Assembly: GCF_006345805.1 (NCBI RefSeq)
Contig: NC_043006.1
Coordinates: 38,440,001-38,504,000, forward strand
Source of the DNA: Octopus sinensis
Lineage: Eukaryota
Length of the DNA: 64,000 bases
Reading direction: 5' to 3'
This document shows positions 62,629 to 64,000 of this stretch, piece after piece; positions within the stretch are counted from its first letter, which is position 1, and every line of letters begins with the position of its first letter. Made by a program: the position numbers and the translations under genes. The notes under the pieces were generated by a model. That model was given only the letters and a program-made list of their open reading frames with translations, was not told the origin of the DNA and searched no databases.

Positions 62629-64000
62629 ATAGAAAAAGGATGTTAAATGATGATAATGATGATGATGATATCTGGCATATTTCCCGGGTGTTCATGCATC
62701 ATACATGAAACATATTCTTAAATTTTGTCAATCACCAGAGTAATTCAGGAGTTATGAAAGGAAAGCTTCATTTAACCCAGAATGTATAAAACAAGGGCTA
62801 ACTAAATGTCTGCTTATGAAAATGTCTTTGACAAACAAAGGATTAAAAAGTCATCTAAGTTGTTCAAGGTAGCTGCAAATTCTTTCATCAGACATTCCTC
62901 TGTTAATATTGTTGGTTTTGGAGGTGATGGTGGTGGTGGGTGTGGTGAAAGTTATATAGGAACACTGGAAGTAAATATTACAATAGCACAATTGTTTGTT
63001 CCCTGATTAAGCAGAAGTTAACCCCTACTTTACCATTTTTCCAGCAGGTAACAAATAAAGGATATGACTCGGTCACTGTAGCAGAGCTATTGAACGAAAT
63101 GGAAATTGAAGGATGGTCTGAGAGCCTGAAAGTCCTATGTTGGTTGAGGCACTGAAAACTATTGGAGCCTTCAATGAAAGAATAAACTGTATTTACAATG
63201 GTTTCAAATTTTGACACAAGGCCAGCAATTGGGGGGGGCGGTTTAAAGTGAGTACTCAACAGGTACTTATTTTATTGACCCTGAAAGGATGAAAGTAAAA
63301 ACTAATCATGGTGAAATTTGAACCCAGAGCACAAAGATGGTTAAAATGCCACCAAGCATTTTGCCTGGTGTGCAAATAATTCTACCTTTCTCTCCCCTCT
63401 CTCTCTTCTCTCCCCATGTGATAGGTATTCAGCCAAGCCTGACCTTTCTTTCTTGGTTCAGCCATTGTCCGTACAACATCTATATTCCTCCCTGTGCCTG
63501 TGAAATCGTGTATCCCTGCCGTAAGGCTTTACTTCCTCACATACCAGCTTAATTTAATTTGTCCTTAGTTGAAAGACACCTGTTTTGTCCTGTTATTTGT
63601 ATTTGTGTAACATTCTCCATTTTTTACAGTCCTTGTTTTCGTATACATTCGCTGCTTTCTTCCAAGGAATCTAATGCTCTTAGTTTTGTTTTCCTTGGGG
63701 CTGGCCAGATTGGAGTAATCTCGAGTATAACCAGCCGAAATTACAAACATAATCTGGAACTCGACTGAGAAAAGAAAACTTCGAATGACCCATCCTTGCT
63801 TTCTTTGTATTGTCTATCTGAATGTTTTGTTGTCCCTTTTTGTATCACCTAACTGTCTGGATGTTTTGCGTTCTTGTCCCATTTTATATATATATATATA
63901 AATATATATATGTATATGTGTGTCTTTGTCGACCTGCTATCACTTGACAACCAATGTTGGTGTGTTTATATCTCCGTAACTTAGTGGTTCGGCAGAAGTA

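Overview
Eukaryotic, AT-rich, microsatellite- and SINE-dense genomic DNA. The repeat families look like those of Octopus or another coleoid cephalopod (inference, not verified by search). Two spliced protein-coding genes were assembled by hand on the minus strand, with GT-AG sites and consistent phases. (1) An MCCC2-like carboxyltransferase beta-subunit gene: 10 coding exons from ATG 18670 down to 220, 576 codons, last exon beyond the left edge. The N-terminal CT domain is canonical, but the C-terminal biotin-side motifs are degenerate. (2) The 3' end of a pikachurin/EGFLAM-like gene: 5 exons, 51736 to stop at 31645, encoding end of LamG, EGF and the terminal LamG; upstream exons were not found in the window. 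Introns and the intergenic region hold a young 5'-truncated CR1-group LINE (about 33050-35680), an 812-bp non-autonomous Helitron with exact A|TC...CTAG|T ends, MITE/fold-back elements, many copies of at least 4 SINE-like families, several minisatellites and three long near-perfect palindromes. The most unusual signal is a set of minimal type I hammerhead ribozyme motifs with palindromic stem III (Penelope-like type) in four unrelated repeat families. One family is a fold-back element built as hammerhead-(ATT)n-tRNA head / tRNA head-(AAT)n-hammerhead. Almost all long ORFs in the supplied track are artefacts of microsatellites or of tandem repeats whose period is a multiple of 3.
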